Part shown: positions 9,613 through 19,071 of the stretch, in pieces
Layout: every line of letters starts with the position of its first letter
How positions within the stretch are numbered: the first letter of the stretch is position 1
Origin: an archaeon
Lineage (GTDB): Archaea; Iainarchaeota; Iainarchaeia; Iainarchaeales; Iainarchaeaceae
Direction: 5' to 3'
Assembly (NCBI GenBank): GCA_035289485.1
Contig: DATDXA010000005.1
Location: 1 to 52,028, forward strand
Length of the DNA: 52,028 nucleotides
The notes under the pieces: generated by a model
Seen by the model: only the letters and a program-made list of their open reading frames with translations
What the model was told of the DNA's origin: nothing
Database searches by the model: none
Translations under genes and position numbers: made by a program

Positions 9613-11700
9613 TCAGTCTTTCTTCGCTTCTTTTTCAGGTTCCTTTGCACCCGCCTGCGTTTTCGCAGCGGCTCTTGCCTTCCACTCGTTCTTTGTTTCG
9701 CAGTCCATGTTAACGCACATCTCAAAGCGATAGCGCTGCCCTACGACCTTAATTTTTGGAGTTCCGCACTTATCGCATAAAGTGCCAAGCGCTTCAATTT
9801 TCCCTTTCTGTGGGAGCGGATATGTGTTAGTGCATTTTGGATAATTAGTACAGCCAAGAAATCTTTTCTTGTTTTTGCTTATCAGCATCCGAAGCTGCCC
9901 GCCTTCACACTTGCCGCAGGCCCCAACTATTGAATCGCCCCGTAGAGCTGTGCGCAGCTCCGAACCAATTGAATCCTTGTGCTTTATCATGCCCTCAAGG
10001 ATGCGCAAGAGCAGCTTGCGCGAGGCTTCAACAACTTCCTTTTTGGATTTTCTCCCCGCCGCGACCTTGTCCATTTCCTTTTCAAGAAATGCGGTCATCT
10101 CCGGCTTTACCGCGTCAACTTCGTGCTTCTCAAGTGAATCCACTACAGCGAATGCAATCTCGTTTGGCTCTAGTGCCTTGCTCCCTGAGATGTATTTTCT
10201 CGCATAAAGCTTCTGGATGATTGTGTGCCGCGTGCTTTTCGTCCCGATGCCGAGCTCTTCCATTAGCTTTAGAAGGGTTGATTCGCTATAGCGCGTGGGC
10301 GGCTGGGTTTCTTTTTCAAGCATATCAAGTTTTTCGAGCCGCACTTTCTCGCCCTCTGAGAGCGGCGGGAGAATTACTTCTGAAATCTCGGAGTAGGGGT
10401 AAACCGCTTTCCAGCCGGGTTCTACGATTTTCTGCCCGTGCGCAACAAAGGGCTCAGTTCCAAGCATAATGTCAACCGCCTGATTTTCCGTGATTGCATC
10501 ATCGCAGAGCGTTGCAAGGAACCTTCGCACAATCAGCTCATATATTTTCCAGTCGCGGTCCCCGAGCTTTTCTTTGGGGGCGGCAGTTACAGGATAAATC
10601 GGCGGGTGGTCCTTGGTTTCCTTTTTTCCCCTCGAAGGCGAAAGTGTTTTTTTGGCGAGCAAAAATTCCGCGTCCTTGCGAAAGTCACTGACCTTTGAAA
10701 CTTCGCCAAGCACCTCACGCAAATTCAATGTCTCTGAATATACTGTGTTGTCTGTGCGCGGATATGAAGTGTATCCCATCTGGTAGAGGCGCTCGGCTAT
10801 TTCCATTGCCTGCCCTGCGGAAAAACCGATTGTTGTTGCCTGCCGCAAAAAATCGGTTGTGTTGAAAGGAGTCGGCCTTTTGAGAATTCTTTTCGAGCTC
10901 TTGATTGCTTTCACTACTCCGAATTCCTGCTTTTTGAGAAACGCCGCTTCGGCTTCGGTCTTTTCCCAGAATTTGCCCTTCTTGTGCTCGGCCTGAAATT
11001 TTTTGGAATTCTTCTCAAAAAGCGCCAGCAGCTCCCAGTAGCTTTTTTTTATGAATGCGAGGCGCTCTTTTTCCCTTGAAACTATTATGCGCAAGGTCGG
11101 GCTTTGCACCCTTCCGACACTTAGGTAATCTTTCCCAAGCTTACCTGAAACAAGAGAGAGAAAGCGCGTGAGAACCGCGCCCCAGATGAGATCGATTTCG
11201 CGGCGCGAATCAGCTGAATCCGCAAAATTGTAATCAACTGCCGAGAGCTTTGAAAATGCGTCTGAAATATCCTTTTTTGTAATTGCCGAGAAGTATGCGC
11301 GCTTCGCTGCGATTTTTGGGTTTATGGATTTTATATAATTGAGAGCCTCTACTCCGATGCTCTCCCCTTCTCTGTCGGCATCTGTTGCAAGAATTACTTC
11401 GTCCGCTGTTTTGGCGGCAGTTTTGAGCGCGGAAATTATCGCGGCTTCGGTGCCCACATAATCAATCTCGGCATCAACCAGCTTTTTGAGATCTGTCCCT
11501 ACCCAGTGGCTGTATTTTTTTGGAAACTCGACATCTGAAATATGGCCGCGCAGCGGGATTACCATATAATCCTCATTGCCGATTTTGAACGAAAAAACCT
11601 GCGCGGAGCCAAGAGAAGTTGCTCGCACATCCTTGCCCGCAAGAAGCGAGGCTATGTTCTGCCCAGCAATTGATTTTTCGGCGATTACAAGCTTAAGCAT
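9613..11700 (-). CDS. topA: DNA topoisomerase I (type IA) with C-terminal Zn ribbons
   Basis: Toprim start MLKLVIAEKSIAG, DADREGE motif, YPRTD active-site Tyr region, C-terminal CxxC...CxxC ribbons. Confidence 0.9.
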   Translation of the reverse strand: MLKLVIAEKSIAGQNIASLLAGKDVRATSLGSAQVFSFKIGNEDYMVIPLRGHISDVEFPKKYSHWVGTDLKKLVDAEIDYVGTEAAIISALKTAAKTADEVILATDADREGESIGVEALNYIKSINPKIAAKRAYFSAITKKDISDAFSKLSAVDYNFADSADSRREIDLIWGAVLTRFLSLVSGKLGKDYLSVGRVQSPTLRIIVSREKERLAFIKKSYWELLALFEKNSKKFQAEHKKGKFWEKTEAEAAFLKKQEFGVVKAIKSSKRILKRPTPFNTTDFLRQATTIGFSAGQAMEIAERLYQMGYTSYPRTDNTVYSETLNLREVLGEVSKVSDFRKDAEFLLAKKTLSPSRGKKETKDHPPIYPVTAAPKEKLGDRDWKIYELIVRRFLATLCDDAITENQAVDIMLGTEPFVAHGQKIVEPGWKAVYPYSEISEVILPPLSEGEKVRLEKLDMLEKETQPPTRYSESTLLKLMEELGIGTKSTRHTIIQKLYARKYISGSKALEPNEIAFAVVDSLEKHEVDAVKPEMTAFLEKEMDKVAAGRKSKKEVVEASRKLLLRILEGMIKHKDSIGSELRTALRGDSIVGACGKCEGGQLRMLISKNKKRFLGCTNYPKCTNTYPLPQKGKIEALGTLCDKCGTPKIKVVGQRYRFEMCVNMDCETKNEWKARAAAKTQAGAKEPEKEAKKD

Positions 11701-11799
11701 GGAGCCACAGAACCCTTAATGCCCAAATGAAAATTTAAAGTGGACAGGGAGGAGCAGTTTAGAAAAACCATACAAGCGAGCGGGCTTTGCTTTGCAGTC

Positions 11800-12324
11800 T
11801 CACTCAAGCGTCTTCTGAAGCGAGAACGCGGGCAGAGCCTTGGACTTTTTAACTTCCGAAATAACAACAAGAGTTTTTATGTCAAGCACGCCATCAAGTG
11901 AACCGAGGCGCTCGACGAACTTCTCTGCCGAATCAAGGTCCGGGACAACGAGCTTTAGGAAAATATTGTACTCGCCAAGCACCTGATAGAGCTCAATTAC
12001 ATAATCGAGTTCCTTTAGTTTCTTTATCACGTCGCGGTTCTTTGAAAGCTCTGAGCGTATCTGCACAAAAACAGGGTTTTCATAACCCAGTGCCTTGAGA
12101 TTGAGGTCCGCGCTAATCGCATTGATTATCCCGCGCCTCTTGAGGCGCTCAACCCTTTTTTTAATCGCAACATCAGTTAGCTTCACTTCATTTGCAATGG
12201 TGCTAAAAGAAGCCCTTCCGTCCTCCAGAAGAAGGCCCAAAATCTTGTGATCAATCTTATCCAGAACTTCCAAAAATAAAACCCCAAAAAGAAACTTTTC
12301 TTCCCCTAAACGGTTTTCTAACAC
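11800..12324 (-). CDS. Lrp/AsnC-family transcriptional regulator
   Basis: LDKIDHKILGLLLEDGRASFSTIANEVKLTDVAIKKRVERLKRRGII plus RAM-like C-terminal half. Confidence 0.85.
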   Translation of the reverse strand: MLENRLGEEKFLFGVLFLEVLDKIDHKILGLLLEDGRASFSTIANEVKLTDVAIKKRVERLKRRGIINAISADLNLKALGYENPVFVQIRSELSKNRDVIKKLKELDYVIELYQVLGEYNIFLKLVVPDLDSAEKFVERLGSLDGVLDIKTLVVISEVKKSKALPAFSLQKTLE

Positions 12325-12411
12325 AAAAGCATTAAAAAGTTAAGTTTCCGAATGGAATGCACTTTTCCCATTGCCAATGGTTAAGATTTTTTCCAACCCT
12401 AATTAGAGCAA

Positions 12412-13980
12412 ATGGAAACCGATAGGCCGATAAAGGAAGTTCTCCAAAGGATTGCGTTTGAGTGCCAGGAGAGCGGGGCTACCAAATGGCAGGTCCTAAA
12501 GATCATCAAAGAGCTCGAGGAGTTTGAAGGAACGGAGCAGCAGCTGAGAAAAAACGCCTCGGAGGCGCTTGAGAAGCTCAATCCTGAGGCCGCAAAAACA
12601 TTTCTTTCATTTGAAAAAATGCGGGTGTATACTTCTGCGCAAAAGCTCGAGCCATTTGACAGGGGCAATATCATAAAATCCCTCCTTAAAGAAACCGGAA
12701 TCAGCAGGCATGTTGCGGAAAAAATCGGCTCGGAAGTTGAAGGAAAAATAAAGGACCTCAAGATAGAGTACCTCAACACGCACATCATAAGGGAGATGGT
12801 AAATGTCAAGCTGCTCGAGTACGGCCATGAGCCTGTGCACAGCCAGTATGCGCGCATAGGAATGCCGGTTTATGAAGTGAAGAAGAATCTTGACACGCGG
12901 GGATTTGACGGCTCTGAAATACTTGCCGAATACAACTGGCTTGCGGAAATCCCCGCGCAAGCAAGGGAGATGCACTTTGAGGGAATGATTCATATATGCG
13001 CCCCGCAGGATTTTTCAACAAAAATATTCTGCGCCGCAAAATTCCTGAGCGGAAGCAAAGAGGATGTGGCGCTCGGGGCGCAATCAATGGATTCGCTCTG
13101 CACACTGCCACTCACACTGAGAGGTTTCAACTTCGCATCCGCCGGCGCGCAAAAAATCACCAAAAAGAAAATGGCGCAGGAATGCGAATCAATAGGAAAA
13201 ACTTTCGCGCTCACAAAAAGGCGCAGGCTATCCGAGCTCTCGCTTTTCGCAGAAAGCAGCTGGCAGCAGGCAGCAGGCAAAAAGAACGATGCGGTGAAAC
13301 TTGCAAACGGCCTTCTTACACAATCGCTTGAAAGCATTGGATTTTACATCTCAGTGGATTCCAAATACCAGCTAAAGCTGATTGAAAAAAACTCCGCGCC
13401 CGAAAAAATGCTGATAGCCTCGCAATCCCGCGCAAAGACCGCGGCATTTGAAGAGCTGCTGCTTGCAGGAGAGCAGACCGCGGTGATGCAGGCGGTTGCG
13501 GTAAACCTTCCAAAGATTGCCGAACTCTCACTTGGCAGGGAGGAGAGATTCTTTGAGAACATTGATTCGGTAAAGGACGCCACTAAGGCGCTTTGTGAGA
13601 AGAAAAAGGAGGCGCTGCAAAAGCGCCCCTACTTCGAGAAATGGATGGCAGAAGAATCCACGAATGCTGTGTGCCTCTCAGGGCTGCACGCCGCATCTGC
13701 GGCAATCAATCAGGACGATCCTGGAAAAATAGCGGAAACGGCTATAGCATCGCTCCAAAAGGAAGGCTATGCGGTTTCTGAAAATATTGAAAATGCGGCG
13801 CAGAAAAGATTTGGCGTGCAAGAGCAGCGAGAGGAGATTCAGAAAATTCTTCTTGGAATGGGCGCTAAAACAAGAAAGTCCTATGGCTTTAGGTACCTGG
13901 CAGCCACAATGAAAGAGGCGGAGGGGCTTCTTGGTGACTGCCCGTTTGTTGAACTGCGGGCTGCTGGCAAGCAGCAGTAA
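12412..13980 (+). CDS. ATP-cone domain protein with NrdD-like N-terminal region, no recognisable glycyl-radical C-terminus
   Basis: ATP-cone-like KLEPFDRGNIIKSLLKETGISRHVAEKIGSEVEGKIKDL...IIREMVNVKLLEYG; MHFEGMIHI resembles the class III RNR motif; C-terminus lacks an RVCGY-type motif. Confidence 0.5.
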   Translation: METDRPIKEVLQRIAFECQESGATKWQVLKIIKELEEFEGTEQQLRKNASEALEKLNPEAAKTFLSFEKMRVYTSAQKLEPFDRGNIIKSLLKETGISRHVAEKIGSEVEGKIKDLKIEYLNTHIIREMVNVKLLEYGHEPVHSQYARIGMPVYEVKKNLDTRGFDGSEILAEYNWLAEIPAQAREMHFEGMIHICAPQDFSTKIFCAAKFLSGSKEDVALGAQSMDSLCTLPLTLRGFNFASAGAQKITKKKMAQECESIGKTFALTKRRRLSELSLFAESSWQQAAGKKNDAVKLANGLLTQSLESIGFYISVDSKYQLKLIEKNSAPEKMLIASQSRAKTAAFEELLLAGEQTAVMQAVAVNLPKIAELSLGREERFFENIDSVKDATKALCEKKKEALQKRPYFEKWMAEESTNAVCLSGLHAASAAINQDDPGKIAETAIASLQKEGYAVSENIENAAQKRFGVQEQREEIQKILLGMGAKTRKSYGFRYLAATMKEAEGLLGDCPFVELRAAGKQQ

Positions 13981-14022
13981 AAGCAACAGCGCGGAATGAA
14001 TCAGATAAATTTTTGCGCAAAA

Positions 14023-14760
14023 TCAGCGCGAAGCAAATTTCTCATAATCCCTTATCAGCGTGAAGCGCTCCATGTAAATCTGCGTCTTCACCGCTTCAAA
14101 GAGCGGGACAAGAACAATTAGGGCTATTAGAAGCGAGAGGAAATTTCCCGCCATGAAAAAATAATCCACAAGGAACTCTAAGAATTGCAGCGCTGCGAGC
14201 GCAACTATTCCAAAAATCATCACAATAAGCACAGTGCCAAGGTTTTTGCGCATGAAATCCCAATTCGAGAGCACGGAGGCGCCAAGACTCTCCTCATCAA
14301 CCACTATTGTCTGCGGGAGAAACAGGAACACTGCAGAAATCACAAGAAGGCACAAATTTACAAGAAGAAGAGGAACACCCGCATCAAGAAGAAGCGAGGA
14401 TGCGACAGCCGCAATTACAGTGAACGCCGCAAGGAACTTGAAGTACTTGAACCCGAACTTCTGGATTTTTTCCGAAAGGTAATAATTTGTCTTTATGGCG
14501 CTCAAATCGCGCCTCACTGAAAGGACCATTACGCAGACAAGTATTGAATAGAAGAAAAGAAATGCGAGCGAAATTGCAAGCAGCAAAAGAGATTCAAGCG
14601 GCGGCGCCTTGAGAAAGCCATATCCTATAAGCACGGTGCCTGAGGATACGAAAGCGTTTGAGAGCCATGCTAGCGGAAAGACAAAAATGAGCAGAAGCGC
14701 GAAAGCGAGAGCGGTCGGAAAATTGCCAAGATATGCCCTTACAGAACGAAGAAAATCCAT
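14023..14760 (-). CDS. multi-pass membrane protein, unknown function
   Basis: 245 aa, about 6 hydrophobic helices. Confidence 0.5.
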   Translation of the reverse strand: MDFLRSVRAYLGNFPTALAFALLLIFVFPLAWLSNAFVSSGTVLIGYGFLKAPPLESLLLLAISLAFLFFYSILVCVMVLSVRRDLSAIKTNYYLSEKIQKFGFKYFKFLAAFTVIAAVASSLLLDAGVPLLLVNLCLLVISAVFLFLPQTIVVDEESLGASVLSNWDFMRKNLGTVLIVMIFGIVALAALQFLEFLVDYFFMAGNFLSLLIALIVLVPLFEAVKTQIYMERFTLIRDYEKFASR

Positions 14761-14820
14761 TGTTACCCCTGTAAGTACAGGGTTCTGAAAAGTATTAAAA
14801 ACGAGCGCACAGGGCCCATT

Positions 14821-15357
14821 TCACTTGGTTTCTGAAGGGGCCTCAAAATGCTCAATAAGCAGCCTAGATCCCCAGCCAAGAATCCCCGCAAGCACGAAAT
14901 AGAGGAAATGCGAGCCTATAAAAAGAGCCATAAAATCCAGGCCGAAAGCAGAGATGTCAGAGCACAGGAACAGACCGCATCCGGCACCTGTGCCTATTTG
15001 GCCGGTTGGCAATATTCCCAGCCCATTGGTTGCAAGAAATGCCTGGTTCGCATAATACCACCAAACTGAAAGCTGGTATGCAAGATATGAAAAAACCGCA
15101 AACAGCGCAGGAAATGCGTAAATGAAATTGCTGCCAAAACCGAACTCGCTTCTAAGATATGGAATTAGCATGTAAATGAAAAAGAAGCCCGCAATCGGAA
15201 CGAAAAAAAGCATGTAATCAAGCTTCCAGATGTCCGTGCCAAGAACCCATGGCTTTATGCCTGAATTGGAAAACACATTGCTGAGGACAAAAAGCAGCAG
15301 GTATGAGAGCGCGAAAAGGGACAAAAGCTTTAGATTACGGGAATCCATTAAAACCAA
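14821..15357 (-). CDS. multi-pass membrane protein, unknown function
   Basis: 178 aa, aromatic-rich hydrophobic helices. Confidence 0.5.
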   Translation of the reverse strand: MVLMDSRNLKLLSLFALSYLLLFVLSNVFSNSGIKPWVLGTDIWKLDYMLFFVPIAGFFFIYMLIPYLRSEFGFGSNFIYAFPALFAVFSYLAYQLSVWWYYANQAFLATNGLGILPTGQIGTGAGCGLFLCSDISAFGLDFMALFIGSHFLYFVLAGILGWGSRLLIEHFEAPSETK

Positions 15358-15406
15358 TGTAAAAGAGCCGCAATCGGTTTAAAACAATTATGATTCGAAT
15401 CCCATT

Positions 15407-16375
15407 ATGAGCGGCCAAATAGAGCTCCCGTGGATTGAAAAGTACAGGCCAGAGAAGCTTTCTGATGTTGTTGGCCAGAAGGAAATCACTTCAAGGCTTG
15501 AAAATTACGTAAAGCACAAAACAATGCCAAATTTGCTCTTTGCAGGGCAGGCGGGAATCGGGAAAACAAGCTGCGCTGTTGCGCTTGCAAAGGAAATGTT
15601 TGGCGACAATTTCACGCACAACTTTTTAGAGCTTAATGCCTCTGATGACCGCGGAATTGATGTTGTTCGCGAAACCATCAAAAATTTTGCGCGAACGCTC
15701 GCATTCAACCAGGGGTTCAAGATAATATTTCTAGATGAAAGCGATGCCCTCACTTTCGATGCGCAGCAGGCACTTAGAAGGACAATGGAGAGGTATGCCC
15801 GCACATGCAGATTTATAATGAGCGCGAACTACTCCAGTAAAATAATTGAACCAATACAATCGCGGTGCGTAATATTTCGCTTCAGCCAGCTCTCTTCAAA
15901 AGACATTGAAGCAAGAATCAAGGATGTTTCAAAAAAAGAGGGCGTGCAAATTGATGATGCGGCAATAACCGCGATTGTGTATGTGTGCCAGGGAGATATG
16001 AGAAAGGCGATTAATGTTTTGCAGGCGTCCGCAACAACCGGCTCTAAAATTACCGAGAAGACCATTTATGAGGTGAGCGCGCGTGCTCGCCCGGAGGAAA
16101 TAAAGGGCATGGTAAAGCTTGCACTTTCAGGAAAATTCCTTGAGGCGCGCACCATGCTTGATAAACTCATGTACGAATACGGCATGTCCGGAGAGGATGT
16201 GATTTTGCAGCTTCACCGCGAGATGATTGAAATGCCAGAAGACGAGGTTCCGGGAAAAACCAAAATCGAACTGATTGATAAAATCGGCGAGTACAATTTC
16301 CGCATGGTGGAAGGCGCAAATGAGAGGGTGCAGCTTGAGGCGCTTCTGGCGCAGTTTTTGAAGTATAAGAAATAG
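15407..16375 (+). CDS. rfcS: replication factor C small subunit
   Basis: PWIEKYRP, GQAGIGKTS Walker A, IIFLDESD, SRC motif (QSRC). Confidence 0.92.
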   Translation: MSGQIELPWIEKYRPEKLSDVVGQKEITSRLENYVKHKTMPNLLFAGQAGIGKTSCAVALAKEMFGDNFTHNFLELNASDDRGIDVVRETIKNFARTLAFNQGFKIIFLDESDALTFDAQQALRRTMERYARTCRFIMSANYSSKIIEPIQSRCVIFRFSQLSSKDIEARIKDVSKKEGVQIDDAAITAIVYVCQGDMRKAINVLQASATTGSKITEKTIYEVSARARPEEIKGMVKLALSGKFLEARTMLDKLMYEYGMSGEDVILQLHREMIEMPEDEVPGKTKIELIDKIGEYNFRMVEGANERVQLEALLAQFLKYKK

Positions 16376-16404
16376 TTTTAAAGAGAAACAGTGTAATTTA
16401 TTGG

Positions 16405-17073
16405 ATGAAAAAAGTCGTTTTAATTTTGCCACTATGTTTACTTTTAGCAGTATTTGTTTGGAGTTCCGGATGCGTAACCAAAAAAGATAACTCGGCAGGG
16501 GACTTGATTGAATCTGGCGAATATTCCGAAATTAGGAAAATGCCCAATAACGAGTTCTATCTGATAATGAAAGACGGATTCTATAACACAACTGAAGGAT
16601 ATAAAATAAAATTTCTTTATGGCAAAGGCTGGCAGTACACCCCATCCCTTACAGGATCGGTAAAATTAGTAAAAGTCAGTGACACTTATCCATACAATAC
16701 TGTTGCTATGATTAATATCACTAAACTTCCAATAGATACTTATCATCTTGAATCGACTATGCCTGAACTTAAACAAAAACTAATAGAAGGAGTGGCTATT
16801 GACAACAACCAATATACTAATTATAAATCAACAGGAATACGTGATATAAAGTTGGGGCAAATCGATGCATTCAATATTGACTTTGAGTATAGCGCTGACA
16901 TCGATAAAAACCGGTTTGCATATATACAAACTGGCAAGAAAATCCGGGTATATGCCTTTGTACAAAACGGTTATAGCTATGAAATACTTTATGGTGCAGA
17001 ACCTGATTTATATTCAAATTATTTAACAGAAGCGGACCAGATGATGAAAAGTTTTGAGATCTTCGAAAAATAG
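16405..17073 (+). CDS. secreted lipoprotein, unknown function (AT-rich gene)
   Basis: MKKVVLILPLCLLLAVFVWSSGC lipobox-like signal; visibly lower GC than its neighbours. Confidence 0.55.
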   Translation: MKKVVLILPLCLLLAVFVWSSGCVTKKDNSAGDLIESGEYSEIRKMPNNEFYLIMKDGFYNTTEGYKIKFLYGKGWQYTPSLTGSVKLVKVSDTYPYNTVAMINITKLPIDTYHLESTMPELKQKLIEGVAIDNNQYTNYKSTGIRDIKLGQIDAFNIDFEYSADIDKNRFAYIQTGKKIRVYAFVQNGYSYEILYGAEPDLYSNYLTEADQMMKSFEIFEK

Positions 17074-17078
17074 AAGGC

Positions 17079-18335
17079 CTAAGCGAAATCGGTGAGCCTC
17101 TTTTGATGGAAGGCATTGTCCAAAAGTTTGCTGTTCTTGAGCCAAAACTTCAGGGGAATTGTTAATTTGGTTTCCAGGTATTTCATAGCCAATTCAAGGC
17201 TGCCGAAAGATAGCGGATTTTTCTTCAGTGCATCCCTTGCAGTTTCACGGCATTTGAATACACCCAAAGAAGGTGTCCCTGAATCCCCAATCTCTCGGAA
17301 AACTATTGCAGTCGCTTGTTTTTGTTCACGCAACAAGTATTCGGTTACTGCAATTCGAACCGCATAATAACCGCCTGCAGTATTTTCTGCGTATGATGTT
17401 CTTCCGCCATAGTTTTCGAAATCGGACATGAAGGTTGGCTCCTTTGAATCTATGTTCCACATTGCACCGGGTTTCCATACCTCCAACAATTCATAACTCC
17501 ATTCTCTTGGCACAAGCACAATAGAGTAATAGTTTTCAAGATAGTTCGATTGGAATACCCTTACATCGCTAATTTGTGGAAAATATTTTATTTTATCTTC
17601 TATAAAATGCTCAGAAAGATTGCTGTCAATTGCCGTGATTGCGAATCTGGTCGGCACAAATTTCCTTTTCTTTTTCACGCCAAGCATCCCGGCGCTGAGG
17701 ATTTTGTGCAGCTGGTTCACGCCCACATCGCTTTTGTATAGCTCGACCATTGCATCGAGCGATTTTGCATCTGTATCTGAAACCAATTTGTCGATTTTCG
17801 GGTTCACGCTCGGGTTCTCGGTCATTGAAAACTTTTTGAGCCCTGCCTGCGGGCCCATGGGCGCGTGAAAATCTGAAAAGGATGCTCCGCGGATTGTCGG
17901 CCTGCCATCGAGCTCCATTTCAACACCCACGGGCTTTTTTGCCATCAGAGTTTCCTGAATTTCAAGAAGCTTGTAATCGGGATTCGATGCTTTTGAAATT
18001 TCTATCGGGATGTTGCCGCGCACCAGATTTTCGCGGAACGAAATTATTTTCTCGGCACTTAGGCCAAACCACTTATCGGTGTCATCCGCAAGCCACACAT
18101 CGCCATCTTCAAGAGCGGGAGCCATTGGAGAGAGATTAACTTTTGGGTAACCGTGCCATGAAACAAAAACCCCTGGAGGGGAATGGGTTTGCAAATTTTT
18201 ACTATCGACCTGCTTTGCTGCGAGTGTGCGTTTTTCAAAGCGCTCTAAAATGAAGCATTTTGGGCCGCACCACAATCTTCCCTTGCATTTGACGCAGACC
18301 TCAGGGGAGGGGGTAATTGTAATTTGCATAAACAC
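17079..18335 (-). CDS. archaeal Nre-family (DUF650/DUF651) putative DNA repair protein
   Basis: N-terminal CVKCKGRLWCGPKCF Cys cluster and size (about 418 aa) recall the Nre family. Confidence 0.55.
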   Translation of the reverse strand: MFMQITITPSPEVCVKCKGRLWCGPKCFILERFEKRTLAAKQVDSKNLQTHSPPGVFVSWHGYPKVNLSPMAPALEDGDVWLADDTDKWFGLSAEKIISFRENLVRGNIPIEISKASNPDYKLLEIQETLMAKKPVGVEMELDGRPTIRGASFSDFHAPMGPQAGLKKFSMTENPSVNPKIDKLVSDTDAKSLDAMVELYKSDVGVNQLHKILSAGMLGVKKKRKFVPTRFAITAIDSNLSEHFIEDKIKYFPQISDVRVFQSNYLENYYSIVLVPREWSYELLEVWKPGAMWNIDSKEPTFMSDFENYGGRTSYAENTAGGYYAVRIAVTEYLLREQKQATAIVFREIGDSGTPSLGVFKCRETARDALKKNPLSFGSLELAMKYLETKLTIPLKFWLKNSKLLDNAFHQKRLTDFA

Positions 18336-18369
18336 AATCTGGCTGAAAGTAATTAGGCTTTACGTAAAA

Positions 18370-18576
18370 TCACGCCTTTGCAAGATTGCCTTTGCCTTGG
18401 ATTGCCCTGAGCATATCAAGGGCCGTCCTTTCGGCATCGAGAATTTCTATCTCAACAGGCTTATTCTTCTTGTTATAATGAGTGATTATGTTGCCTGACT
18501 GCTCCGCAAAATCAGGCTTTTGCCTGCTAAGCTCGATTATGAGTATGTCCGTTTCTTTGTCATATTTATATTTCAT
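18370..18576 (-). CDS. DUF2283-like small protein (putative antitoxin)
   Basis: MKYKYDKETDILIIELS...KPVEIEILDA pattern; overlaps the upstream DUF4258-like gene by 11 nt. Confidence 0.65.
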   Translation of the reverse strand: MKYKYDKETDILIIELSRQKPDFAEQSGNIITHYNKKNKPVEIEILDAERTALDMLRAIQGKGNLAKA

Positions 18577-18802
18577 ATCTTCCCACCTTGGCTTTGTATG
18601 CCGTGATTACTATAATATCATTCCCCTTTTCCTCGTATATAACCCTTAGTACATATCCGTTGAGGCGCCTGTGCGCAATCTTTCTGCCGTAATTTCCCGC
18701 AGTTATAATTTCAGGTTCCGAAACGCATTCTTCCACCATTAAGGCGCTCAGGCGGTATTTTACCAGCCTTTCATGCGCATGCGGAGTAATGATTATTGGC
18801 AT
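18566..18802 (-). CDS. DUF4258-like small protein (putative toxin)
   Basis: MPIIITPHAHERLVKYRLS...VLRVIYEEKGNDIIVITAY; start set at ATG 18802, the longer ORF extension rejected. Confidence 0.6.
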   Translation of the reverse strand: MPIIITPHAHERLVKYRLSALMVEECVSEPEIITAGNYGRKIAHRRLNGYVLRVIYEEKGNDIIVITAYKAKVGRYEI

Positions 18803-19071
18803 CAAAAAATAGGCAAAAGAAAGGCGTAAGAGCTTTTGCAGGGTTCGGTGCCGGTGCGGGAAACGAATATTAAAGGCAGGAGAGAAATAGCTATATGGAA
18901 AAAAGTGGTGAGAATGAAGACCTTTTCCTACAGCTCGTGAAAGGGCTTGAAGACATACGAATGGGCAGAATAAAACTGTGGAAGCCAAAGGCTGCTGATT
19001 GAATCTTAGCCATTAGCTTGTGAAACGCCCACAAAACTGTTTTTATTGCTTCGCGAGCCTAAATTTAACCT

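Noticed and set aside
15388-15410. GATTCGAATCCCA, a T-loop-like string upstream of rfcS
   Set aside because: No complementary T-stem, acceptor stem or anticodon arm can be drawn, and the context is AT-rich promoter sequence.
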